Origin: Stegostoma tigrinum
Lineage: Eukaryota
Reading direction: 5' to 3'
NCBI RefSeq assembly: GCF_030684315.1
Contig: NC_081360.1
Coordinates: 73,087,780 to 73,151,779 of the forward strand
DNA: 64,000 nt
This document shows positions 38,063-50,326 of this stretch, piece after piece (position 1 is the stretch's first letter; each line of letters opens with the position of its first letter). A program made the translations under genes and the position numbers. The notes under the pieces were generated by a model. It was not told where the DNA came from. It saw nothing but the letters and a program-made list of their open reading frames with translations, and made no database searches.

Positions 38063-38405
38063 ACACTAGGTTATAGTCAACAGATTTATTTGAAATCACA
38101 AGCTTTCAAAGCGCTGCTCCTTTATCAGGTGAAGTGGAGAGAGGAGCACAGGCACAGAATTTATAGGCAGACAGGTCATTGCAAGATAATTCTAGATAAT
38201 TAAGAGTGTCAAAAATAGTTCAAATGATGTGAGTGAAGTGTTGACAGGCTGAATAACAAGTCTTTGCAGGTGAGCAAAAATGTCAAAGTGTGAGTAAAGC
38301 GTCAATAGTTGAACAGCAAGTGAAGGGATGGCCTACGATCTGATTAAGAAAGACAGAGAGATAATTACAAAATATCAAAAGTTAGATGGTGTTGATCATC
38401 ATCAT

Positions 38406-38706
38406 CGGATCCCTACAGTGTGAAAACTGGCCCTTCGATCCAACAAGTCCATACCAAACCTCACAGCACCCAAACCCACCCCCCCTAATCTATACATCCC
38501 TGTATACTATGGGCAATTTAGCATGGCTAATCCACCTAGCCCGCACATCTTTGGACTGTGGGAGGAAACCATAGCACCCAGAGGAACCCCACGCAGACAT
38601 AGGGAGGATGTGCAAACTCCACACAGACAGTTGCCTAAGAGGGGGAAATCGAACCTGGGCTCCTGGCGCTGTGAGGGAGCAGTGCTAACCAGTGAGCCAC
38701 CGTGCC
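38406..38706 (-). mobile_element. V-SINE (HE1-like), nested
   Basis: Reverse complement of the same family. Confidence 0.88.
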
Positions 38707-39662
38707 AGAGTCAAATGCACCTCCACACTCTGGAAATCAAATAGACACATCCATTGTGGTCAACAAATACTAGCTCCCACTTTGTGTTTTAGGTAGAGGT
38801 CCTGTGCAATCAACTAAAAGTTAATGTAAAAGGTTCCTCAAATGAAGGAATGAGTATTAAGGATGCTGCTTTTATCACTGCTTGAGGGTTTCCTGTTACC
38901 TGACATGTATTACATGTGCAGCAAAAGTCAACCACATCTTTATGCAGTCCAGGCCAATGAAAATGCTTTTGCAATTTGGCTTGAATTTTCCTTATTCCCA
39001 AATGACCTCTACTGTAATTCAAATGGTACCTCCTTTCTATAACTCACCAGCAATACAACTTGATGAATATCTGTTCATTTTCCATCTGCCTGAATATGTG
39101 ATAGTCTCCATTTCCTCACCAATACTTCATTTTTACGCTAGTAACATTCTGGAATACCGAGATTCTTTTGTGAATGCTTTTTGATACAACGGCTTTAATT
39201 GTTCATGTTTCTGTTGCAATTCAGCTAATTTCTCTGACTAAAAATATCCATTTTGTCCTACATCTGTTCTTGTTTTCTTTTCCTAACCATTTGACCTAAT
39301 ATAGTTTCCGATCATTGAACTTCAACTTCCTTATCTTTACTCCTTGATTTCTCCTCCTGTTCCCACCTGTGGCTTTGTGGCCATACTGCTACGTAGCCAG
39401 GTGAAATCCCAAGATACACTTCGTTTACCACCTCAGTTGTCTGATTTTCCACTGGCTTTTCATCCAGAGTAGGTATCACTCTCGCTTGTGATCCAGCTCT
39501 ATCATTACCAGTCGGGTTCACAATCCTTAGCTTTACAGATTAATTAGGATTCAAGATCTGAATCCTTTTGGCCATCATTGAATGCTAGCATTCTGCTTGA
39601 CAGAGCTTGCTGACTGGCTGCTCACTAGCTGGCTATCTAGCTCTGAGTGAGTATATGCATTG

Positions 39663-39975
39663 GGGGATGTGATGGCCTTGTGGTATTATCACTGGACTGT
39701 TAATTCAGAAACTCAGATAACATTCTGGGGACCTGGGTTCAAATCCCACTGAGGGAGACAGTGGAATCCGAATTCAATAAAAATTGGGAATTAAGAATCT
39801 AATGATGACCATGAACCCATTGCTGATTGTTGGAAAACCCATATGGTTCGCTAATGCCGTTCAGGGAAGTATACTGCCATCCTCCAATGGCCGACACATG
39901 ACTCCAGATATACAGCAGTTGACTCTTAACTGCCGTATGGGCAATAAATGCTGCCTAGCCAGTGATGTCCCTCAT
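39663..39975 (+). mobile_element. Second tRNA-derived SINE family
   Basis: Box A-like TGGCCTTGTGG, box B GGTTCAAATCC; a diverged minus-strand copy lies at about 56945-57165. Confidence 0.75.
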
Positions 39976-40040
39976 CTTGAAGAAAAAAAACCCTGCAACA
40001 TTGGTCACTAGGTGTTAGTTCTTCAAGTAAGTTAGTTCTT

Positions 40041-40750
40041 TGTGGAGGAACAGCAGGATCTTGGTGTTCAAGTGCATAGCTCCCTCAAAGTTGCCACCCA
40101 GGTGGATAAGATTATTAAGAAAGCATATGGTGTTTTGGCTTTCATTAACGGGGGATCGAGTTTAAGAGCTGCGAGGTTATGCTGCAGCTCTACAAAACCC
40201 TAGTGAGACCACACTTGGAATATTGTGTCCAGTTCTGGTCACCCTATTATAGGGAAGATGTGGAGGCTTTGGAGAGGGTGCAAAGGAGGTTTACCAGGAT
40301 GTTGCCTGGACTGGAGGGCTTGTCTTACGAGGAGAGGTTGACTGAGCTCGGTCTTTTCTCTCTGGAGAGAAGAAGGAAGAGAGGTGACCTGATCGAGGTG
40401 TACAAGGTAATGAGAGGCATGGATAGAGTCGATAGCCAGAGACTTTTCCCCAGGGCAGGATTGACTGCCACAAGGGCTCATAGTTTTAAGGTGTTAGGAA
40501 GAAGGTATAGAGGAGACGTCAGAGGGAGGTTCTTCACCCAGAGAGTTGTGGACGCATGGAATAGTTTACCAGTGGTAGTCGTGGAAGCAGAGTCATTAGT
40601 GACATTTAAGCGACTGCTGGACACGCACATGGACAGCAGTGAATTGAGGGGAATGCAGGTTCGGTTATTTTATTTTTGGATGAGGGTTATTCCACGGCAC
40701 AACATCGTGGGCCGAAGGGCCTGTACTGTGCTGTACTTCTCTATGTTCTA
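40041..40750 (+). mobile_element. CR1-like 3' fragment related to the intact element
   Basis: ORF 40179-40751 LQLYKTLVRPHLEYCVQFWSP...; tail TTCTCTATGTTCTA. Confidence 0.93.
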
Positions 40751-40899
40751 AGTAAAACCTCTATAGCTTGTTAACCCTTGAACATACTGGCACACATAAA
40801 GTTGGGCTGAATCTTGCATTTTTTTTTGGCGATGAGTTAATTCATTGAGTTTCATGGAGTATTTCTCTTCAGGAGGCCTACTGGGTTTTCTTACCATAT

Positions 40900-41570
40900 G
40901 ATTACATGTGGACTATTGCAAAGTCTTCTACGGCTGGAAGACTGTATTGAGAAGTGAGGCACACAACTTATATTTCAAAGCTGGACTTACACAAAGGATG
41001 CCTTTATCTGAAAGAGTGAGGATACTTCACGTCTCGTTACACCCAATTGTATGTACCAGTTTAAAATTATACCATGGTGTGAAAAATGTGCTGGCCACAT
41101 TTCAAAGACTAACCAGTAACGTCAATGTGAGATTATGCAATCGTGTTGTGACAATCTGGTGATTTTTTTGGTCACATATGGAAGGAAAACTTGCAGCATC
41201 AATTGGAATTGTTCAAATAACTTCTGGAGGTAGGCTCGGCTTTGAACCCAGCTAAGAGTGAGTTCACAAAAGCCCAAAGTCACATTACTAGGCCATGTTA
41301 CTGGGCATAGACAAATGGCCCCATGGGCTGTGAAAACAAAGGTTATGGAGGAGTTTCCCTTACCATCAATAAAGAGGGGAGTATCATGATTTCTGGTATT
41401 GAGTATTTTTTTAATCGAAGGTTCGAACCTAATTTTAGCAGTTTGTTGCTCCACTGACTGACTTGTTGAAGAAGTACAAAAAATTTTATTGGGTGGAGGA
41501 CTGTCAGAAGGCACTGACAGCCTGAAAACTGTGTTAACCACTGCCCCAGTGTTAGCCACACTCAATTATG
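40900..41570 (+). mobile_element. Gypsy RT remnant of the same type, opposite orientation
   Basis: Plus-strand remnants VDYCKV, YISKLDL, ATFQRL, VTLLGHV, LKTVLTTAPVLA. Confidence 0.75.
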
Positions 41571-42029
41571 GCTTCCTTATTACTGTTTTAACTTGCCTGG
41601 GAACCTTCCAAGAATTATGCACTTAAACCACGAGGTCCCTTTGCTCCTGGACTCCCCTCAAAATTGTATCATTGAGCCATTGCTTCTCTGTGCTTCTTCT
41701 GCCAAAATACATTATCACAGATTTCTCTGAATTTTGAAATTCATCTGTCAGGTGTCTGTCCATTTTGTCAACTTATCTATGTCTCTCAGAAGTCAATAAG
41801 CATCATCCTCACAATCCATTGTTCTCTGTAGTTTGGTATCACCTGGAAACTTAAGAGGTTTTGCCTTCAACATCTGCCTTCAACTCATTTATGTAAATCA
41901 GGACAAGCTGACGGGGTGGCAGTGGAAGCGGATACATTTACAACATTTAAAAGGCATCTGGATGGGTACATGAATAGGAATGTTTCAAAGGGATATGGGC
42001 AAAATGGACTAGAGCAGTTTAGGATATTT

Positions 42030-42305
42030 TGTCCAAAAAACAGAAGTTGCTGGAAAAGGAGGTCCAGCAGAATCGATGAAGAAAATATCAGAGTTGGTGT
42101 TTCGGGTGTAGTGACCCTTCCTCAGAAGTTGTTGTAGAAGGGGGCAAGCTTTTGTCTAGTAACTTTTGTGAGGCTGAGGAAGGGGGTCACTGGACCTGAA
42201 ACATTTCTGATTTTTCTCCACAAATGCTGCCAGACCTGTTGAGCTTTTCCAACAACTTCTGTTTTTGTTCCTGACTTACAGGATGTACAGTTCTGGTGGT
42301 TTTTA
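42030..42305. repeat. Self-inverted family B element inserted in a CR1 3' end
   Basis: Inverted arms; TSD TTAGGATATTT at 42019-42029 and 42306-42316. Confidence 0.85.
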
Positions 42306-45059
42306 TTAGGATATTTGGTTGGCATGGACATGCTGAACTGAAGGATCTGCGTCTGTGCCACATAACTACATGATCTTCTAGAAACAGGCCTAGAAGAGTG
42401 TGAACTCAAAAATTAGATATCAATTAAAATAATTTATTAAACAACATAAAGGTACAATACATTTATATAAAAAGGGGAAGATAAAAGCCAGCTTATTTTT
42501 GGACCACTCCAAAAATACATCTAATGTGAATGCTAAAGAACTTTAGATTTTGTCCAGAATGTTTTATTTTGGAAAATCATTAGATGCTCCAAAAATAATC
42601 AAATATTTTGGTTCTGACTTTTAATCGAAGAATATTCACTATGATACAGTGAATTTCTCACAGAATTTCATCTGATGGAGCCAACATTTCGGAGGACATC
42701 TTTTCAACTCTAACTTAAGCAGAACTTGTTTCCGGCACCAGAAAGGAGATGGTTATAACTGACCAGAAAGTAAAACTGGACCAGTCATAACAGATTCTGT
42801 GGCTACAAAAGCAGGTCAAAGGCTTGGAAGTCTACACTAAATAAACTCACCTCACGATTCTGTAAAGCCTGTCTGCCAACTATAAAAGTCAGGAGTCTGT
42901 AATGATCAAGACAATGGCAGAGGACATGCTCCAGCCAGAGCTTGTCCACTCTGCCTGTTCTTCCTTTTTGTCCCCCCAGTGACTTTTTCCCTTCCTTCTC
43001 TCCCAGCTTGCGACAATTCCCAGCCTCCAGCGACACCTCCCGGTCTGGTGTAGCAGCCTCCTGACAAGGTGATCTAAAGCAATTGCCCAGCCTCATGATC
43101 CTCAAGGCGAAGAAGGCATGATCTGGAGTCATGGCCTGGTCTGGACTGGAGGCTAGGTGCCAGCGTGGTCTGGGTTGTAAGACTGTGGTTCTGAACTTTT
43201 ATTTCTACAATGCTGGACATTTTATTTCTCTATTTTCCTATATCCTGTAACGAAGGAAGCTGTACCTCAGTACCTTTTGTTGGGATCGTGTTTCAAACAG
43301 CGGCTGGAATTGGTGAGGTTTCAGACCGGGATCTGACATAAATCAATAACAACTACAGTTGGGATCACAACAATGAGCAATAAGCCTAAAACTCACAAGT
43401 AATACTCAAATTAAACAGATAAAGACTCCACAGACTACTATGAATCAACAGTAATGGTGATGTAACTGGCTTTTACTTTCTCTAAGAACTGTTCCATTTT
43501 GTCCTACTTAAGGATTCTTGTTTGGAACAATTTTAGTTTCCTCCCCAAATATCTTTTTCTCTCCTTTTTTAGAAACCTGCGGAAAACTAATCTTTTCAAC
43601 TAGGATTTTGACTTTCACCCTCAATCTTTCCTTCCACATGCTCACATGACGTCCTCGCTTGTTAGTAGGCTTGTTTTTGAAATCTTACTCAATATGTAGT
43701 GTTTAACAAAACATTCTTGCTTTTTATTACAAAAGCACAGCTTACGTTCCACAAGAAAAACCATTCTGAAGTATAATGATTGTATGCTAAATTCAATTTA
43801 TAAACCTTAGCCTGCTGTGTGAATTCATTTGAACAGCAAATTGCAGAGAACAGCTAGATACAAACAATTCCACTATTTCAAACTTTTGCCCTGGCACTCC
43901 TCTGGAGAAAGAAAATTGTTAAACAACAATCAGATTTCTACAATCTCAGTTACATAAAATCAGACAATAAGTCATCATCCTATAAGAAAGTATTACATCA
44001 AAGTTTGAAATGGACCGGTGTCTGGTACTAATCTAAATCACCCAGAAAAAATCTGGACACAATATCTGATTCACCCTCACTCATGTGCACAACTAAAACT
44101 TATGTTACCATGTCCAATCAAACATATTTTCTTTCACATCTTTTAAAAAACATTAACTCATATTCATGCCCTTACTAATCCCTCACTGCTATGCTTTTGA
44201 ACAGTTAACATCTGTACAAGATTTCCACTGACTAAACACCACTTCAGTCTCCAGCAATAGATCATCTGTTAAGATTGAGCAATAGAAGTGACAGCTGAAA
44301 TAGAAACATTTACAAATAGAAGCACGAAGTTAGTAAGATGAAACACTGGGAAAATATATAGTTTCCTTTATATTTTAATGAAGCCATTACACCAGTTTTA
44401 GGGTACTAATCTACAAGAAATACATTTACAACATTGCTTCAGCCACACAGCTACCTTTAAATTAGCCTCATGGCCGAAAAAATTTGCTCAGTCCTTCAAA
44501 TACCACCAAAATAAGGTCCCTTAAAATCTTGAACTTGAGTTGGGATTAAAATACAACATTCTCTAAGTTGTAGCACTTTAAAAAAGAACATAATACAATC
44601 CTTATAATCTATTTGTGATGTGCGCAAATTATTCAGTCACACGATCCAAAATAGCACATTCTTTTCTTCTAACTCATCTTGAATCATAAATTGTAACTAG
44701 CAACATGTAAAAAGATGTGGTTAGGAAACATGTGTGCATTTTAAACCATTTATCAGCAAAAGCCTAAAGTACACATTATAATTTCCTTACACCATTCAAG
44801 CTAAAAATACTTTTGGACTTAAAAACAAACATAAAAGATCATTAACATATTATTAAAAATGTATTAGACATCATTTGCTTTACCCCTTGATTAGCACTTA
44901 AGTAACCTGTTCAGAGCTAAAAGCCAAAATAATCCTACTCTGGAAAAGAATTAGATGATATCAAAGCTTATTCCATGCCTGTATTTTAGACAACTGTCTA
45001 TTTTAGCAAAGTTTTTATAAGTAACATATTCCACATTGATGCAGTGTAGCATTTCACAC

Positions 45060-45179
45060 TTAATCTTCTAAAGTATAATTGGGATTAACAACTAAGTAGG
45101 GATCCTGCTCCAAAACTTCATCACCTTCTCCTTTTCGGCTTTTCAGACCAGTCTGTTTCAATTCAATCAAGATATGGTC
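45060..45179 (-). CDS. MCM6: MCM6 last coding exon (17)
   Basis: AG at 45181-45180; [13 protein letters not shown]...[14 protein letters not shown] with TAA at 45062-45060. Confidence 0.95.
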   Translation of the reverse strand, partial: DHILIELKQTGLKSRKGEGDEVLEQDPYLVVNPNYTLED

Positions 45180-45509
45180 CTATCAAGAAATTAAAACACA
45201 AAATTACCTCAAAAAGAACATTGTGCAGTATTTATTTGAGATAATTAATTTTCTATAGTTGCTATATTTATAGATTGTATTGGTTTCCACGACTTTCAAC
45301 ACCGTGTTGCAAAACTATGTGTGGTAGACAAAGAGCACAAATTTATTATCTCACATACAATAAAACAAATTGCCTGCCTATGTTGTCTTAATTTCCCATC
45401 ACCAGCAATCAGATCATTTTGCAGAGATTTAGTGGTTAATATTTAACTGGCAATTTGCACTTCAACAGAAAGAATAACTGAATAAAAGTTTAAGACAAGG
45501 CATTGTAGG

Positions 45510-46650
45510 AATGTGAGCAAAATTAGGGCGCACGGTACTGGGGGCAAAATACTGAGTTGGATTGAAAATTGGCTGGCTAACAGGAAGCAAAGAGTAGTGA
45601 TAAACGGGTCCCTTTCGGAAAGGCAGGTGGTGGCCAGCGGGGTATCACAAGGTTCGGTGTTGGAACCGCAGCTGTTTACAATATACATTAATGATAGAGA
45701 TGAAGGCATTAAAAGTCAAAGTAGCAAATTTGCTGATGACACAAAGTTGGGTGGCAGTGTGAAATGTGAGGAGGATGTTAGGAAAATACAGGCTGACTTG
45801 GAGAGGCTAGGTCAGTGGACGGATGCATGGCAGATGCAGTTTAATGGGGATAAATGTGCGGTTATACACTTTGGTGGCAAGAACAGGAAGGCAGATTACT
45901 ATCTAAATGGAATCAAGTTAGGTAAAGGCGAAGCACAACGAGATCTAGGTGTTCTGGTACTTGTACATCAGTCAATGAAAGCAAGCATGCAGGTACAGCA
46001 GGCAGTGAAGAAAGCTAATGGCATACTGGCCTTCATAACAAAAGGAATTGAGTATAGGAGTAAAGAGGTCCTTCTGCAGCTGTACAGGGCCCTGGTGAGA
46101 CCGCACCTGGGAGTACTGTGTGCAGTTTTGGTCTCCAAATTTGAGGAAGGACATTCTTGCTATTGAGGGAGTGCAGCATAGGTTCACAAGGTCAATTCCT
46201 GGAATGGCGGGACTATCGTATGTTGAAAGATTGGAGCGACTGGGCTTGTATACACTTGAGTTTAAAAGGATGAGAGAGGATCTGATTGAGATGTATAAGA
46301 TTATTAAAGGATGGACATTCCAGAGGCAGGAAGCAGGTTTTCGCTGATGGGTGAATCCTGCACCAGAGACACAGTTTAAAAATAAGGGGTAGGCCATTTA
46401 GAACAGAGTTGAGGAAAAACTTCTTCACCCAGAGTGTGGTGGATATCCTCTGCCCCAGAAGGCAGTGGAGGCCAAGTATCTGGGTACTTTCAACAAAGAG
46501 ATGGATAGAGCTCTTAAAGACAGTGGAATTAAGGGTTATGGGGATAAGGCAGGAACAGGATACTGATTGTGGATGATCAGCCCTGATCATAATGAATGGT
46601 GGTGCTGGCTCGAAGGACCGAATGGCCTACTCCTGCACCTATTATCTATT
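45510..46650 (+). mobile_element. CR1-like LINE 3' 1.1 kb in MCM6 intron 16
   Basis: WIENWLANRKQRVV, GVSQGSVL, FADDTKLGG, LYRALVRPHL; frameshifted. Confidence 0.92.
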
Positions 46651-46876
46651 GAAAACAAACTAATCAGAAAGTACACAAACATCTTAAAAAACTTGTAACT
46701 CAGAAACCATTAAGAAATAAACTAAACTGAGTAATGCACATGCAAGAAGTTCAGTCGCAAGTCTGTAATCATTTTCCAATTAGTAATTACGATTGACAGA
46801 ACAGGTTTAATATTCAGGAAACCAAAAAGGTCGAGCTATTTGAACATATCAGAATGGAGACATATTTCCCACTTAC

Positions 46877-47016
46877 ATAATGAATAAGTCTGTAAATAAC
46901 TTTCTCAATTAATTTCTTTTTGTTAATTAGCTCTTCTTCTGATTCAATTTCAGATTCAATTTCTTTTAAATACCAGTTAATGAGTTCACTCTTCTTTGGG
47001 GAAGCATCTTCATCTT
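46877..47016 (-). CDS. MCM6: MCM6 exon 16
   Basis: 140 nt, AG/GT bounded; [47 protein letters not shown] (C-terminal winged-helix region). Confidence 0.95.
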
Positions 47017-47384
47017 CTGCAGGTAAGAAGGAAGAAACAAATCAAGTTCATGATGTACAAATAAAATTTACTTGAAATGTTTTATTTTGAGTTAATTCCC
47101 CACACATCTGTCATCCAACGTGAGTAAAAGTCAAAGCATTTAACATGATTAATATTAATATTAAATGCAAGTACCAAAAGCTGAGGTACTTCTGCTCACT
47201 TTACTCAGTTGTTTCAATGAAGTCAATAGATCATATAAAACTTGTTTTTCAATGACTTTCTACTTTCACTACATTATCCAGAAGATCATATTCCAAATCT
47301 TTGTGAATTTCAGTCTTGGGAGGTATAATTCATTTGAACTAAATCATATCCCACCTGTTGTACTGATTTAAATGGATATCCTCC

Positions 47385-47930
47385 CAAAGAGATGCCGTGG
47401 TCAAGGTGGCACAAAAACAGCACTTCTTCCTCAGGATGTGAAGGAAATTTTGCATGTCCCTAAGAACCCTCACCAACTTTTACAGAATACTTTCTGCAGT
47501 GCATCACGGCTTGGTATGGTATCTGCTCTGCCCAGGACCATAAGAAATTACACAAAGATGTGAACACAACTGAGACCAGCACAAGTCAAGCTCCCACCCG
47601 TGGGCTCCATCTATACTTTGTTACCATGGAAATGCAGCCAAAGATCCCTCCCAAGCCAGTTAAACTCTCTTCGAGCCTCTTTGTCAGGCAGAAAATACAA
47701 AAGCTTAAAACACAATTACCAACAGGTTCAAGAACGGCTACTTCCTTGCTGTTATTAGACTGCTGAATGGACCTCTCAAAATTTTAAATCGTAATGTTGA
47801 TCTTGCTGTTGTGCACCTGTAACCTTGTATGCCTCACTCTGGTTAAACACCTTATGAACTGTATATCCTTGTGCCTGTACTGCATGCAAAACAAAACTTC
47901 TTACTGTACTTAGGTACGTGACAATAAATC
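47385..47930 (+). mobile_element. Rex1/Babar-like LINE 3' remnant
   Basis: CACTTCTTCCTCAGG...AAATTTTGCATGTCC...ACCCTCACCAACTTTTACAGA reads like the Rex1 RT C-terminus (FFLR..K..MS..TLTNFYR); ends near ACAATAAA. Confidence 0.6.
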
Positions 47931-48969
47931 AGAAAAGCTTTCCTGTTACACTTGGTATCTTGCATCATAGTCATAACCTCCATATTGGAAAAATCCACCT
48001 TTTAAAAAAAATGTTTCCTTATAATTCCATCCGCTCATTCTAGCCATCAACTTCATTGCCTGTCTCTGTACTATATCTCAGTAACTGGAATTAAACTAGC
48101 TGGCACATTCTGCATGTGGCCCAGACATAAACGCTACAGGTTTTGAGACTAATCAGCATTGCTACAATTTTAGTGTATCCATAACAATGCGATTTAAATG
48201 ATTTTTCAAATCTATCAAATACTGCACTTATCTATACAGAATCTCATCTGTCACACTACTGTTCACCTAAATATTATGTTGCTCAAGTGAGCAATCTGCT
48301 TTGCCCTAAGTTTAATTAACATCTTTGAATAAGTTTTACTAGTTATTCGGAGGAGACTTCTCTAAACTAGGAAACATCCAAATTAGTCTGTAACAATTGA
48401 GGAGGAGTGAATAAATTCCTTAACTTAGTTCCAATCCTCCACTAATCATGACATATTAATTTAACCAGGTATATAGCCAGTTATAGAGGCCTCAGACTAT
48501 ATTAGGAACAAATGAGGCAGAATTCCTCAGCCAAAGAAAAATCAGTTTATTACAAGTAAAATTGACTCAAAGTCCAAACTGTCATTATTTGCATCTGTAT
48601 AAATATATATTCGCATTTCCAAAATAAAACTGACATTCACATAAGCAACTGAGGACAAGTTCTCATACAGACTCACAACAGTACAAACGGCCACATAGCC
48701 CTTTGCGTCAGCAGCAGCTCTGAACATTCTGAGAATGCTGAATCCCTGCCTCCCTCTGCATAATCCGATATGCTATTTCTATTTTGAAAAGTCATCTAAT
48801 GCCCTCTTGAAACCCACAACTGAACTTGCATCCATCATAACTCCAGACCATGCATATCAAACTCAGACCACCAACTATTTGAAAATACGACAGCTAGGAC
48901 CAGAATAAACAAGCAAAAGTTTGTCAGGTAGGAGAAACATTTGTTGCATTGCTTCAGCACGATGTGACA

Positions 48970-49815
48970 GACTCCTCCTCCCTCACCCCTATCCCAGGCC
49001 CCAAGATGACTTTCCATATTAAGCAGAGGTTCACCTGCACATCTGCCAATGTGGTATACTGTATCCATTGTACCCGGTGTGGCTTCCTCTACACTGGGGA
49101 AACCAAGCAGAGGCTTGGGGACCGCTTTGCAGAACACCTCAGCTCGGTTCGCAGTAAACTGCACCTCCCAGTCGTGAACCATTTCCACTCCCCCTCCCAT
49201 TCTCTTGATGACATGTCCATCATGGGCCTCCTGCAGTGCCACAATGATGCCACCCGAAGGTTGCAGGAACAGCAACTCATATTCCGCTTGGGAACCCTGC
49301 AGCCCAATGGTATAAATGTGGACTTCACCAGCTTCAAAATCTCCCCTTCCCCCACCACATCCCAAAACCAGCCCAGTTCGTCCCCTCCCCATACCGCATC
49401 ACACAACCAGCCGAGCTCTTCCACTCCCCCCCACTGCATCCCAAAAGCAGCCCAGCCTGTCTCTGCCTCCCTAACCTGTTCTTCCTCTCACCCATCCCTT
49501 CCTCCCACCCCAAGCCGCACCTCCATTTCCTACCTAGTAACCTCATCCCACCTCCTTGACCTGTCCGTCTTCCCTGGACTGACCTATCCCCTCCCTACCT
49601 CCCCGCCTATACTCTCCTCTCCACCTATCTTCTTTTCTCTCCATCTTCGGTCCGCGGCCCCCCCCCCCCCCCCCCCACCCCTCCCTATTTATTCCAGAAT
49701 CCTCTCCCCATCCCCCTCTCTGATGAAGGGTCTAGGCCCGAAACGTCAGCTTTTGTGCTCCTGAGATGCTGCTTGGCCTGCTGTGTTCATCCAGCTTCAC
49801 ACTTTTATTATCTTA
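48970..49815 (+). mobile_element. Penelope-like element 3' part (GIY-YIG endonuclease plus terminal repeat), family A
   Basis: FTCTSANVVYCIHCTRCGFLYTGETKQRLGDRFAEH...EQQLIFRLGTLQPNGIN; pyrimidine-rich tract; ends in the family A terminal sequence. Confidence 0.92.
49718..49749 (+). ncRNA. Minimal type I hammerhead ribozyme core (best-preserved copy)
   Basis: CT-CTGATGA-A-GGGT(CTAG)GCCC-GAAA-CGTC-AG: complete CUGANGA and GAAA core, stem II, palindromic ACGT stem III, GUC triplet ending at 49747; stem I is only 2 bp. Confidence 0.65.
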
Positions 49816-50326
49816 CTCTCTTCTGCTTTCTAGGGAACCAAAAAAGAATCTATCACAGCCCTAAATATACACCAAGGTCTCTACCCCGACTACTTTCAGT
49901 GGCAAGGAGTTCCAAAGACACAAAACCATCAGAAGAAATTATCATCTCCATTTGAATTGGCATCCCTTAATTCTGAGGCTGTGTCATCTGGTCCTAGACT
50001 CTCCCGAAAGGAAACATCCCCCAAGCATTTACCTGGTCAAGTCCCCTAAGAATCACATATCAATGCGATCACCTCTTATTCTCCATTTCCAATGAGTAAA
50101 ATCCAATCTGTTTAGCTCTTGCTCATAAGTCGACCTCTCCATTTCAGGGATCATCCTAGTCAACTTTCACTGAACTGCCTCAATGAAATAATAAATTTTC
50201 TAAAATCAGGGGACAAAAACTGCTCAGAGCACTCCTGCTGTGGTACAAGTCTTACAGTTTCAGTAAGACTTCCCTAGTCTTTATTTCAAGGGGTGGAAAA
50301 TAAGGCCAACATTCCGTTAGCCTAGA

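Larger units (their letters stand above)
37811..38727 (-). mobile_element. Penelope-like non-autonomous insertion (family E) inside the Gypsy integrase, itself carrying two younger insertions
   Basis: 12-bp TSD CTCTGGAAATCA at 37799-37810 and 38728-38739; hammerhead-like core at 38096-38132. Confidence 0.7.
36460..39520 (-). mobile_element. Decayed Ty3/Gypsy LTR-retrotransposon internal region with Gmr1-like order (protease end, integrase, RT)
   Basis: Minus strand in order: GNDRAG (about 39500), GHLGIRK..HFHWPGL..C..CQ (38810-39022), GLPTEIQSDQG and YHPESQ..LERWH (37580-37740), then RT HPYRL, SSP..VPK, CVDY, AFVTPNGLY..MPFG (36460-36850). Confidence 0.85.

Noticed and set aside
2795-42305. 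CRISPR array or miRNA genes among the recurring palindromic repeats
   Set aside because: Eukaryotic context, dispersed copies with TSDs and no repeat-spacer periodicity; the hairpins are explained by inverted insertion
42433-43728. MCM6 polyadenylation signal (minus-strand AATAAA at 43723-43728 or 42433-42438)
   Set aside because: Several candidates in AT-rich DNA; cannot choose without 3'-end data
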